A DNA stretch of 64,000 bases from Entomortierella parvispora E1425 (Eukaryota > Fungi > Mortierellomycota): contig BQFW01000011.1 of NCBI GenBank assembly GCA_020891255.1, positions 1,612,001-1,676,000 of the forward strand, in the 5' to 3' direction. Below are positions 11,169 to 22,717 of this stretch, piece after piece (positions within the stretch are counted from its first letter, which is position 1; each line of letters opens with the position of its first letter). The position numbers and the translations under genes were made by a program. Under the pieces are notes generated by a model. It searched no databases. It worked only from the letters and a program-made list of their open reading frames with translations, and was not told where the DNA came from.

Positions 11169-14100
11169 ATGCGAACCGCCGACCTCATCCATCTCTTGCG
11201 TAGCCGTGAGAGGAATTCTTCACAGGCGAAAACCGAACTCGCCTCACTGCACCCCACTCGACTTCGCCACCTCCTTGGCGAAACCTCCAACTGGCTTCGA
11301 GCCGAGATCCAAAAGTATCAGGATCGACAACAGCGACCTCAAGGAGGACTCAATAGTGGCCGTGGTGGAGGTGTCGGAGCAGAGACAGAGCACCAAGCAG
11401 AGATCAGAGCACAGATCAAGAAAACTCTCCAGGCCATTCAACAGATCCTTGACTGCGACAATCATGGACAACAACAACCGCAGCAGCAGCAAATGGACTC
11501 CATACCGGCCGTCCAAGGACGTTCCAATGGGTCAAGGCCAAGATCGGACACGGGAGGCTCGGCAAATCCGCAAGAACTTGCTCTCAGCGATCGGGCAGAG
11601 GAAAGGATCCTGGATAGCTTACTGACCGCGATCCTGATCGGGATCATGCCGCTTGGAGGGCTACAGAGAGATTCAACAGATGTGCAATACATGAGCGCAA
11701 AGATTCTCTACTACTGCCTTTGTCCGCCTACAGCGCCGTCAAGTCTTGGAAGCCATGGCAACACTAATCCTCTCTTTGTGCCCGCTCAGGTTGCAAAGAG
11801 GATGATGGATCTCACAAGGAAGAGCAGGAACCAACCTTTGAGAGTCGACAAGGACAGGAACAGTGTCGGCTCAGGATCATCTCGTCCGTCGTCGGACCAA
11901 AAGGTGGATGCAATTGAGGGCTTGGCAACATTACTGCAGTCTCCCTTGATCAAGCTCCGAGATTATGGTCTAAGGATCATCGCATCGCATCGGATACTGA
12001 TCAGTTATGATGAATGTTGGATCCTGCTGGCGCCTATCTCTTCAATCGTCCAGTCTCTTGTCACTAATCTGGAAGGGATATCGGCCACCTCTCACGCCAC
12101 GACAACGTCTTCAGCTTACACAGCTGATGGAAGCAATGGCGAGAGTACAAATGGAATTGTGGGGCAAGAACTAGAGAATGAAATTGGAGTCCACTTCAAG
12201 GCCTTGGTACTACTCCAGTGCTTCTTGCAGGAAGCAGGAAAACATATCGGTGGTCCTTCACAATCAACAACATCGTCTTCCTCATTTCGTGTTGGCAGCA
12301 CAAAATGGAAACAATTACAATCAGCGTCTTCTGTTGCATTGATATTCAGCCTATGGAGAGAGATCCAATTGATTTCAATCGTCTACAAGGTGGATTTCAA
12401 AGGAAGGGACAAAATTGTTCTTCAGTCGATGGCGGTCGTTTACTGGATATTGTGGGTCTTCCAAGAGGAGTCTGCAGCATACATAGCGGCAGAAGGTGCC
12501 GATACCCTGATGGCCTGGTATGGGTACTTTATCGTCTCCCGCGATCTTTCCCAGGCGTCATTAGGGGCTGCCTCTGAGGACCACGGGATCTTGAGCGATC
12601 ATCCTGTTCAAAAAGCTCCCTTGATAGAGGATGACATCAAGCACCAAAGCGCCGTCCTTGAATATCTATCAAAGATCATTCAGACCATCGTCACATCAAA
12701 GAAACACCACGTAACACTCTTTTCAGGGAAGCGACCAGTCGGGATCATTGTAATTCGTCGAACAATCGAGTTTTTGGAAAACATCTTGGACTCGACCCTT
12801 CCTGTAACCACCGATTTGGAAGCTCCTAGTCCTTACAATACAGAGAGTCCTTCAGAAGAGATCCCCAGGCACCTGTCATTCTCTGTTCGGATCATTCAAC
12901 AAAAACCAGGCATCCTAGAATCCATGCTAGCGATCTTGCTGGGATGTTTTAAAGTGACGAGAGAGGGAGACGACCTAATACTGCATACAGGACTCTCCAA
13001 TCTTCTCATCTTGACTTTATCCGGCATCCAGTCCTTGTTTGGAGTTCATTCCGTGAGCACGACAGTGGACTTTCGGATACAACTTTTGACTCTGAACCTT
13101 CTACTCCAGATCATGAAACGCGATCTTGTTCCGAGGTTAGAGGACATACCCAAAAATCACTGGGACATCGCCTATCCTGCGCTGGTCGATAGGATTATGG
13201 GGCCGCTGGAGAATGAGACAGAGACTATCCTGTTAGGTAGCATTGAGGAGAGTCCGGGCAGGGCGAACTTGGACCCAAAGATGACACAGGAGCAGGATAT
13301 CGGCATCAAGGCACTGAGACTGTTTCTGTTACTCTGGAGACATAAGCCTCGAAGTCGAAGTGATCTCTCGGATCTGCTGGGGCCCCGTCTTTTTCAGTTG
13401 AGACTGCTGCTTGTGCTTGGAGTGAATAAAACCGACAACTGGATCCCACCGCGATCACAATGGGTTCAGGACCGAGCACTTCTGATACTGAAAACGATGG
13501 TTTGTTTCAGCTCTGAGTCCAGTGTGCGGATCAACATGCGAGAGCGCTGGCCGTCCTTGCAGTTTCTTGCGATTTTAATTACCGTCAACGTTGATCGTCT
13601 TGTCGGAGGTCTTCAGTTCGAGGATCCATCTTTGGTCGGGTTTGTCAGGGCTGTGGTTCTAAAATGTCTGGTTGGTCTGAAGAGCTTTTGGTTCGACCAG
13701 GTGGGATTGACACGGATGATGGATATGGAACTCTTGAGGTCGGATGAGAATACAAGGGTTCTGGATCGGCTGCCCTCTATAGCCCTTTTGGTCAAGTCCA
13801 ACCCACCGGGCGATAGGCAGATCATTTCTTTGATGCCAGTTTTGCTCTCCATCTTGGCACCACCAAACATTCAGTGGACAAGCGATCTAATGCTCAGGAT
13901 GGAAGGACGATGTCTATCCAAGATGACCCACCCGTTATTTGAGAATAACGATCCGATTTTGGTGGAGGCCGCGTTGGTTTTGAACCAGTTGGCGCAATTT
14001 GTGGAGTGTCAGCAGTTTTTGATGTCAAAACCTGGAGCAATCTGGATTCTGGGTCGGATGATGGTGGAACGAACACTTGTTGGCACTCCTGCTCTAAAGG

Positions 14101-15954
14101 AGAATCTCGAGAAGGATCAAGATGGCAACATGGATGAAAATGACGATGGTGCTGGGCCTGAGGATGAAACGCATCAAGCAGCAGTGGATACGTCGACGGC
14201 TGTTATAGGCGCGGCAGCCACACTTGCCAATGAAGAGACTATACCAAGACTGTTGCTGGAAAAGGTCCTCTTTGATACGTTGACCAGAGTTTTTTCTGCA
14301 GTGGACATGGCCAAGACACTGGTTTCGAACAACACAGCCACGGAGCTCTTTGCTGCCATTTTGGAGACTGATCAGCCATTGTGCTTTTATTCATCAAGAC
14401 TAGATCTTGAAGGTAAGGATCTGTCTGTTTTCTCATTTTGTACTTCAGGTGTCTAATGTTGTTCTAACTTTTTTTTATTCTTTCATGGATCGCTTAGTCA
14501 ATTCAGGTTCAGTGCAGACACCACCCAACGATGACGACTCTGAGCAAGATCCGGTTCAAATTCTCCCTGTTCCTCGGCAACATGCCCTCCATCAACAACT
14601 CCTAGGCCATTTCCGCGAAGTCCTGACCCGATCTAGAAAGCGATTCGATAACATCTTCAAGTATGTGGGCGGCCATCGATCGTTGCGACAGGACGCGGAC
14701 GACTCTGAAGACACTATGTACTGGCTTCGGGAGTTTGGAGCCCTCGTTTTCTTGTATCTTTCGAGTCCTGAAGAAGTGACGGCAGCCCTGAGCAAGATGG
14801 ACAAAACCGCGCTTTTAAACTCAGAATCTGTCTTTGGCGTCGTGTGTCGAATGCTGACGCTGGAAGTTCACTACGAGGATGATCCCGAGGAAAAGTCGCC
14901 AACACAGGACACTAGTCAGGACATCATCATGGAGGAAGGGACGGAGACTGTCAAGAGGGAGGAAGCTGTTCTAAGACGGTTTAGTGCTGGGCTGGCGATT
15001 CAATCGCTCTGTTGGCGCCATGCGGAAAAATGGCGACAACAACACTTGACGCTGATGCAGTCGTATGACTCTGTTTTAACTACGGAATGGGAGACTCATA
15101 TGGCGGCATTGAAGGGTGCAGACACCAAAGGCGTAGTCTTTTCCACATCGCAACCACCATCACCTCCCCGCCTTGCCAACTTCTTGGTGCAGGGGAGAGT
15201 GATCATATTCCAGAACCGTGCCCTCTTAGCGCGAGCCTCGGCCTACTTTGAAGCGTTGCTCCAGAGCGAGTTTAAGGAGACGTCCATGGACCAGATTCCC
15301 TTGGGTGACGTTGATCCGGATGATTTCGAACTGCTGTTGGATGTGATTCGAGAGTCTGAGATGACGGCACTACACTTGTTGCCAGAAGATCTACCGTTTA
15401 CAGTGGTCCTGCGATTGATGGTCTGTGCAGACAGGTTCCTGGTCGGATTCGTGAAAAGACTAGCAGAAAAGTGGATCCTGTCGACTCTTGGAAAGAAGGA
15501 ACTGAAATATTATCGAGCCAAGAAGTCTTTGAGTCAGGAGGTTCAGAGCCAGGAATCGAAAGAGGTGGCTCTTGGATCAAAGCGTGGTCGCGAGTCAAGT
15601 CCAGCGCCACCCTCAAAGCGGACCAAAATCGATCATAATCCGGGATCCCTGGGATTTTCGTCCTCGGATCAGGATGTTGAGAAGGCCAAAGGCACAGAGA
15701 CGGGAGAGGAGGAGACCCTCCAAGACTGCCTGCTCATGATTTATGAGATGTGCTCCCATCCACGGCTTGGAGATTTTCGTTTTCGTGAGCACCCGTTTCA
15801 TGGTCTCCTCTGGGATGCCCTAAAACGAATGGCCTTGCGACTCCAAACCGTGGCAATCACCCCCCGCTTCGCGACTCTGATGGACCAAGGCGAGGACAAA
15901 ATTCAAGAGTTCCTTCAGATTCTTCATGAACTTGTTGAAAACAGTATCCCATAG
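11169..15954 (+). CDS. Large alpha-solenoid (ARM/HEAT-like) protein with a C-terminal BTB/POZ domain; putative Cul3 adaptor
   Basis: Two long ORFs joined by intron 14413-14497 (GAAG|gtaagg...ctaac...ttag|TCAAT). BTB-like segment FLVQGRVIIFQNRALLARASAYFEALLQSEFKETSMDQIPLGDVDPDDFELLL. ARM-like segment NNDPILVEAALVLNQLAQ...KPGAIWILGRM. Confidence 0.75.
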
Positions 15955-16324
15955 ACGCCGACTCTCATCACCAAGCCTCAGTGTTATTCAACAAGATACA
16001 ATAAAAAGCAGAAAAGAAAAGAAAAGGAGGACTGAAGGATTGATTATTATTTCGTTTGTCGTTTTTTGTAATCGTAATGAGGAGAGGCAGGGAGGGGAAA
16101 AGGTGCGGGAAGGATATTCTCTAGGTCAAGAGTGTCGTCAAGAAGAAGCAATGAAAAGGTAGTGGTATTTTGTTGTTGTTGCTTTTCTGATGGCTTTCTT
16201 TGCTTTGCTACGAATTCGTCCCACGCGACTCGTCCTTTTTTTTGCTTGTTTCTCCCTGTTGAACGCCGTTGTTGTGGGGGGGGGAGGAGGAGGTAATAGT
16301 CGCTTAATCTTTTTGTCGCTTCCG

Positions 16325-19290
16325 CTACATCCTCAACAAGAACTCTATCGCCGAATTCACATCTCCGCCAGAGGCCAGCAAGGCCCTCAGGTTTTTGGTT
16401 TGGTCTGAGAACCCCATGTCACGCAACGAGATTAACTGTGTTTCGAACCGCACCTCTGGGGGTTGTGTGGGCGCTGCTGCTGCTGCTGCTCCTGTATCTG
16501 CTGTGGATGTGGCAGCTGGGGCGGCAGGAAGGCCTGCTCCTGGGATTGGGGGGAATCCTCCGAACCTAGAAGGGAAAACGAAGATCGCGGTTAATCATCT
16601 TGGAAATCTGACGGTCGAAAGGGTAGAATGAATTGACAGAAATGTAGCACAATATCCTACATGGTAGGGAAGGCTGGGAACCCTGCTGCTGGAAGTTGCG
16701 ATGATGCTGGCGTGGCTGCCGAGGTGGATGTTGCGTCTGACGGTGAATGGATTTGATGTTGCTGCATCTGCCTCATCATCTGGTTGAACTGCATCATTTG
16801 TTGAAACATCTCGGGGCTGTTGCCCATCGGAGGGAATCCACCGTCGCCCATACCCATACCCATCCCTGGGAATCCAAAGGGACTGCTGGCCTGTGCACTA
16901 CCGGGACCACTGCCCATCCGTTGACTCATCATAGCAGCAAATGGGTGGGGAGGGACCTGAGAGCTATTGCCACTGATAGCAGGCTGTGATGTGGCAGTTG
17001 CTCCCTCTCCTGTAGCTGCTGTTGCGTTTGTTGCTGCTGCCCCCGTTCCTGTTGTTGCTGATGATCCAGGTGCTGATCCTGCTGCGGGTGTGTTTGCTGT
17101 TCCTCCAGGCAAACTGTTCTCCATGGCCGCAAATGGGTTGGCGCTGAAAGGATTGGCGCCAAAAGGGCTGGGGCCGAATGGACTGGGGCCGAAAGGGTTG
17201 GGGCCAAAACTATAAGGATTAAAGCCTCTGTTCCTAGCTGCGCCCGATCCTTGCATACCAGGCATTTCGGACATGCCGGGGAATCCTGGAAAGGCCGGTG
17301 GTGTGGCTAAATTTATCCGGTACGGGGGCCATATAAAAATGATAAAAAAAAAAAAGGACTTACGTTTAGTATTTCGATCGATCAGAAGTAGGACCCCCTC
17401 ACTCCGACTGCTTGCATCATTCTCTGTCTCCCTGTCTCTATCAGCTCATTTACGTCTGGCAGGCCGAGCCCATGGGTTGGGAAGAGCGGTATTATTAATG
17501 GATCCAGCCTGAGGACGGGTATCGGCATTCAAGCGTGCAGCGAATCGCTCATTGAGATCGTCTGTAGAAGGATCTGGTGAACTTCTAGAGGCCTCCATGG
17601 GTTCCTGAACGCTATGGTACATTCTCCTGAGATGGTTGAATCCTCCAGGGATCATCTCCAGGTTGGACAAAGCCCTGTCATTGTTTCGGAGAGCCTGCTT
17701 CATAAGCTTTGGGTTCCTGGCCATGTCCAGAGACTATTGGACAAAAGGCCAAAGAAGAAAATAAAATAAAATTTGGGGGCGGCACATGAGTTTTCTGTCG
17801 ATCATGATCTTGTTGCGTTCCCTTCCAGGATGTCTCTCCAATTCAGTCCATGTCCCTTTTTTTTGTTCTGTACCTGACGGAGAAACGATGGGTCGCTAAG
17901 CATCTGAGCAACCTCGGGGTTGTTTTCCATGACCTCTCGTGTCTGTGGGTTGGACATCATCATCCTGCGTACGACTTCGGGGTTCGCCATCATGTCCTAT
18001 TTTAAAGTAGAATATGGAAAAATCAGTAAATTGGTCACCCAGTCATGAGAACTCTCTCTCTCTCTCCTCACATTTTGATGGGCGTAGAAAACATCTCCAT
18101 AGACTTACTCTAATCGCAGGGTTATCCAGTAGAGCGTGCAGCATGCCCTATTTCGTCGTCAAAATGAAAATAATACAGCCATGTACATGTCAGTGAATGA
18201 TCATCCTAAATTGATCTTTCCAGAGTCATCTCCTTGGTCGTCTGGTGAATTATCCACGCAGTTCTTGTCCGCCCCCTCTCTATCTCGGTTTCCTCTGTTG
18301 GTGGCACCTGCAAGACGTTAGCTGGCTGGGAGAGGGCGGATGGCGTGCGCAAGTTGATCGAGAGAAGAAAAAAAATCCGCGTGGGCAAGATTTTTTTTTC
18401 TGTGTTCGCCTCTCTTCTTTGTGCTCCAATAATACGATACGTCGTCCTTTGTAGTCGCCATGTCATAGTTCCACGATCGATCGTTTTTTTTTTTTTTTGT
18501 GTTGGCTGCCATGTTGGGTGCTAGGTGGTCCCCTTCAGAACCAACGCCTCCAGAAGGTTCCTTGGCAATAAAATGACTTACAGAGTCGTCTCCAAATGCA
18601 TCCAGGCCTCCAGCTCCTGGACCTCGGGCGGTAGTTGCGCTTTTACTGCCAGGTCGGGCTGTCTGGACCGCCTGCTCGTTGGCTCTATTAGTAGCACTCT
18701 TGACCATGTGCACGGTGTGTCCTTCTTTGATGGCTGCATGGAGAAAGGAAGAAAAGAGAAAAAGAGTTGAGTAATGGGTTCTGCTCACATGCCAGAGTGG
18801 ACATTGTCGCATCTGCAAATAAGAGTCGATTGGAATTGTGTGGCAAAGATGGGACCCTGTCCTGCGGCAACAGCATTTCGTTCATGCATGCACACGCAAC
18901 ACGCACGCATGCATGGGTCCGCGGAGGGGGGGCATGCATACGCACTGCACGCAGTGCACACACCACACACACAAGCCCTTTGTTTCGAAGCGGGTCCACA
19001 CTTCTTTTGTCCTGAAGAAAGAAACCCTTGTCGCAAGGGGAGGGACAGGGGGAGGGCTGACGAGTGAATGAGCACCTACAGTAGACAGACAGCTGATCCT
19101 CATCCTTCAGGACTCTGCCAGAGTAGACCAGACGAATGGATGCTGCCGGCAGATCTGTTGTAGCAAGCTTTTCCTTGAGGGCGAGCACGGTGCTGTCGGT
19201 CGAGATGGCGACTGTGAACGTGGCTCCAGAGGATGGGCGGATGGTGAGAACGATGGCCTGGGTGGCGACATTGGACTCTGAGTCATCCAT
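16325..19290 (-). CDS. DSK2: Ubiquilin/Dsk2 (UBL-STI1-UBA)
   Basis: UBL (IRLVYSGRVLKDEDQLSVY|SIKEGHTVHMVK), STI1 repeats (MMANPEVVRRMMMSNPQ, DRALSNLEMIPGGFNHLRRMY) and UBA (RFETQLISLRDMGFSDQTKNLRALLASGGDVNSAIEFLL). Confidence 0.95.
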
Positions 19291-19806
19291 GGTGTGTCTT
19301 TGTGTTTGCTGTGAAGGAAGGTGGGGGAGAGGAGGGCGAGGGAGAAGGTTGGAGAAAAGGGTGGAGAGGAGGGCAAAGGGTGGAGCGGAGGGCGAAGGGC
19401 GAAGGGTGGAGTGGAGAGTGGAGAGTGAGTGCGAAAGAACAAGAGGAGAGAGAGAAGGCAAAGAAAAAAAAGCTGAAAAGAAAAATATGATGGCGGAGCC
19501 CTTTGGTCTCTTTTGTCCTTTCCTTCTCTCTTCTTTCTTTCCTAGGCACCGGTTCCTTCTTTGTTCGCAATACCCCACCGAAGCGTGCTTCCTCTCTCCT
19601 CGCTACTATCTCTCTCTCTCTCCTCACCGAGGAGATCCCGATGCATGCATTGAAGCGGTCCTTTATTGCTGATGCATACATGACTAATGGATAGAGCCGA
19701 AACGACCGCAGGGAACAGGACTGTTGAGCTTTTTACGGATGATGTCGAACCACCAGAAGCTGACGCGTTTTGTTTTTTTAGGTCCATCGCCCGTGCTCTC
19801 ACCTCG

Positions 19807-20315
19807 TCAGGTCCACAGGAATGTGTTCCACAATCCGCACACGAGCCCTCTAGCCTGGACACTATGGCCTTCCAACCTGGCGACCCTTTGAAAGGTATAT
19901 TGATCAGGAATGACCGAGAGAACTCTGCTCGAGAGTTTGGGTGTCGACGCCTCGGTTGGTGTCTCCTGAGGCCCCAGCTGTCCATATTTACCCCACCCGC
20001 AACTCCAAACCTGGCCCTGGTCTATCGCAGAGAATGGCAACCATGTCAGATCAATCTAAACGAATAAAAGTCGTTGTAAAAGAGACACGGGGCACGGCCT
20101 ACCGTCTATGACCACAGAATGAGCGGTACCACATGCGACCTTGACAATGTTGACGTCGTTGTCTTCCTCGTCGTGGTTCCCGATGGGAAACTCGATCAGT
20201 TGGGCAAAGGCAGTGTTGCTTTTGCCTGCACCTTCTGCTCCTATTCCGAGTTGTCCATGGTCATTGAGTCCAAACGTGTAGACGTCTCCCGTTTCTACAG
20301 ATGTAAGCATGCGCG

Positions 20316-20349
<34 letters not shown>

Positions 20350-21224
20350 AAAATGAAGAAAAGACCATGTGGCAAAATGGTGAACAAAGAATGTAACAGC
20401 ATTGGTGGCGAAAACTCGAGGGGTGTGCGTGAGTGCCTCACTGACCAGATAAAACAATGCTGAAAGAGGATCCACACGCTGCGCTTGTTATCCGAATCCC
20501 TTGTAAGGACTCGATCACTTTGGGGTGCTCTTCCGATACGAGATCCCCGTGTCCAAGTTGTCCATGTCGCCCCGAGCCCCAACTATAGAGATCGCCATTA
20601 CTAGCCAGCGCCAAAAGGTGCGCCTCGCCAGCCCAGATCCTGTCAAACTTGATGTTCTCGATCCATGGCGGTTGCAAAAGTTGAGCATTGGGTTTGGATG
20701 CGGTCCATTGGAAAAGATGCCCAGAGTCTTTGTCGATCGCGACAGTGAGGTGATCGGCTGAGAGTCCGCAGGCCGCCACGTCTTTGGCTTTCTCTAGGAA
20801 GATGTGTTTCGATCCTGATCTACCAAGCCCAACGACTTTACCAGAGGCCAAGAGAAAGCCTTGGAGGGACTCCCAGCCATAACACTTTACTAGTGGATCG
20901 GCCACGACAAGTTCACTTAGTTCACAGATCAGCTCAACCTCGGACGAGCTTTCGTCGCCGGTGATCGTGAGTTTTCCTTGATCATCCTCTATATTCATGA
21001 GAAGTGGGGTGAAATGTGTGAGAGATAAAAACAAAATTGGCCCTCACTACCCTGACAGGAGCATATAATTTACCAAGCACAAGACTTGCCCAGCCTGCAA
21101 ACAGAACTTGAACCGGCACAGATCGCCCAACGGCTTTCTTGATTTTGTCTCCGGCTGCGGTATCCATTGTTGAATGGGGGCTACCTTCTGGCGAGGCGTT
21201 GAATCCAAAAGCAATCAGCGTCAT
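19807..21224 (-). CDS. RCC1-repeat protein, RCCD1-like
   Basis: YSWGSGRHGQLGHGD...IESLQGIRI, ETGDVYTFGLNDHGQLG, CGWGKYGQLG and C-terminal CGLWNTFLWT follow the repeat order I recall for RCCD1. The start could be 21239 or 21224. Confidence 0.8.
20318..20347. repeat. 30-nt poly(A/T) homopolymer in an RCCD1 intron
   Basis: Counted directly. Confidence 0.9.
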
Positions 21225-21482
21225 TTCTGATGATTCCATGAGAAGAGCTAATGGTCATTAGCATGTCGACGTCTCCTGAGTAAACTGGTTTAATGATGAA
21301 TGAATTAGAGAACCAAACACACGAAAGACCCTCTACCTTAACGGAGTTCAATCGATCGAGCCAACGAGATAATAACGCAACTGAACAAATGGGCAGGAGT
21401 TGAAGGAAGAAAATGAAAAACACGCGACGCGCTCTCTGATGAAACTAAGAGAAAAAAAAAACAAACTGCACCATGAACTTTG

Positions 21483-22488
21483 ATGCCTGGACTGAACACA
21501 TATGTTCACAAGAACTTCGTCTCGATGACCCTCCGAGACTCGGCGGCAGTCCTTCGCCAGATGGATAGATGCCAGCTTGAAGAGGTGCTTTTGAAACGTT
21601 TTTTTTTTATTCTTTGTTCTCTTTACCGTTACTAAAAAAGATTTTGGATCTTTGGCCTGCTCTCAGTCAACTTGCCCCTCTTGCTTAAGAGAGGACAAGC
21701 TGTGCAGGGCGCGCCAACGAGCAGGCGACAGGTCATCGCACCCCAATACCCCAATAGTAGTTCATGTCCACAGGAGATGGTTGCCAAACATATATGACAT
21801 TGCTGCCAATAAAAGACCTGTAGTAGATTCAGCTGTATTGACGATAACCCCACTTGCTCACGAACCTGTGGTGTGGTGGTTCCGCCGCTGGCATTGGAAG
21901 CATCCCTGCCCCAAGTCCTCCTTACAATGCCACAAACACCAAGGCAAACTTACACGGAGGCCCTGTCCCATTCCGCCATGTCTCCAAGAGATGTACAAGC
22001 TGCAACAGTGTCAGGGAATGGAGGGGGACCACTCCTCTGATGTCCCTACGACCAGTACTTCTCTTTTCCAAGTGTCCAGAGGGGCGGAAATCCTCTCGGG
22101 TTCCTACACCGGGAACGTTGTTGAAGCGGTTGAAAAGGCCGCGTCTCTTGCCACATGACGGGTATGGGGGCTCAATGAACAACAACACAACAACAGTCGA
22201 TTTGTATCTCCCTGGGGTGGCTGCCTGTCAGCACGAGATACTTACCATACTTACGTTGGATAACCCCCAGGTTGGACATCCCAATGGCAACGGTGCAATC
22301 GCGAAGGCGCGCTCATTTTAACTTGGCACTGGCCACCATGCCCACTCAGAACACAAGCCACCGAATCTGGGTCGCATGCTATTTCATTTTGAGATCATCT
22401 CCAACTTACAGAACTCAAGTTCTATGTGCCTGGGGTCAGTGAAGAGATCTACAAATTTGGTTCTCATATAGTCGCCTTTTATTATTAA
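21483..22488 (+). CDS. Unresolved small spliced gene; possible CxxC...CxxC zinc-ribbon protein (Rpr2/Rpp21/Snm1/C18orf21-like)
   Basis: Lies divergent from RCCD1 and convergent with the methyltransferase. Fragments STCPSCLREDKLCRARQR (frame 1) and SKRCTSCNSVREWRG (frame 2) plus plausible acceptors at 21666, 22270 and 22411. No fully consistent exon chain found. Confidence 0.3.
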
Positions 22489-22717
22489 CTTATTTACAAT
22501 TGAGCACAGGTAAATGCAGAGATCCGCGATACAGATCAGAAATAGATACTTTTTTTTACGAAGAAAAAAAAAAGAAAAAAAGGAAAAAAAAAAAGTTGGA
22601 GCTGGGAATAAGGACCACGCAAACAAATCAAAGATATGTGTGCGGATCAAATGAAAATAATATAAAGGAAGGAGAGAAAGAAAAACTCTGTGACAAGCTA
22701 CTAGTCAGGGATTGATA

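Noticed and set aside
19800-19810. Stop-codon read-through to a cryptic PTS1 (TGA-C context at the RCCD1 stop; other stops also checked)
   Set aside because: None of the extensions I translated ends in an SKL-like tripeptide.
21690-21900. In-frame TGA codons in otherwise open frames suggesting a selenoprotein
   Set aside because: No similarity to a selenoprotein family, no CxxU/UxxC context and no SECIS seen. Other in-frame TAA stops require splicing anyway.
22238-22400. U1 snRNA gene suggested by ATACTTACC and AATCGCGAAG (resembling the U1-70K loop)
   Set aside because: ATACTTACC is not followed by TGG, stem-loop order and spacing do not fit, the U1A loop is on the opposite strand, and there is no Sm site.
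22465-22495. U5 snRNA loop-1-like TCGCCTTTTAT
   Set aside because: Only about 4 bp of closing stem, no internal loops or Sm site, and it lies in an AT-rich convergent 3' region.
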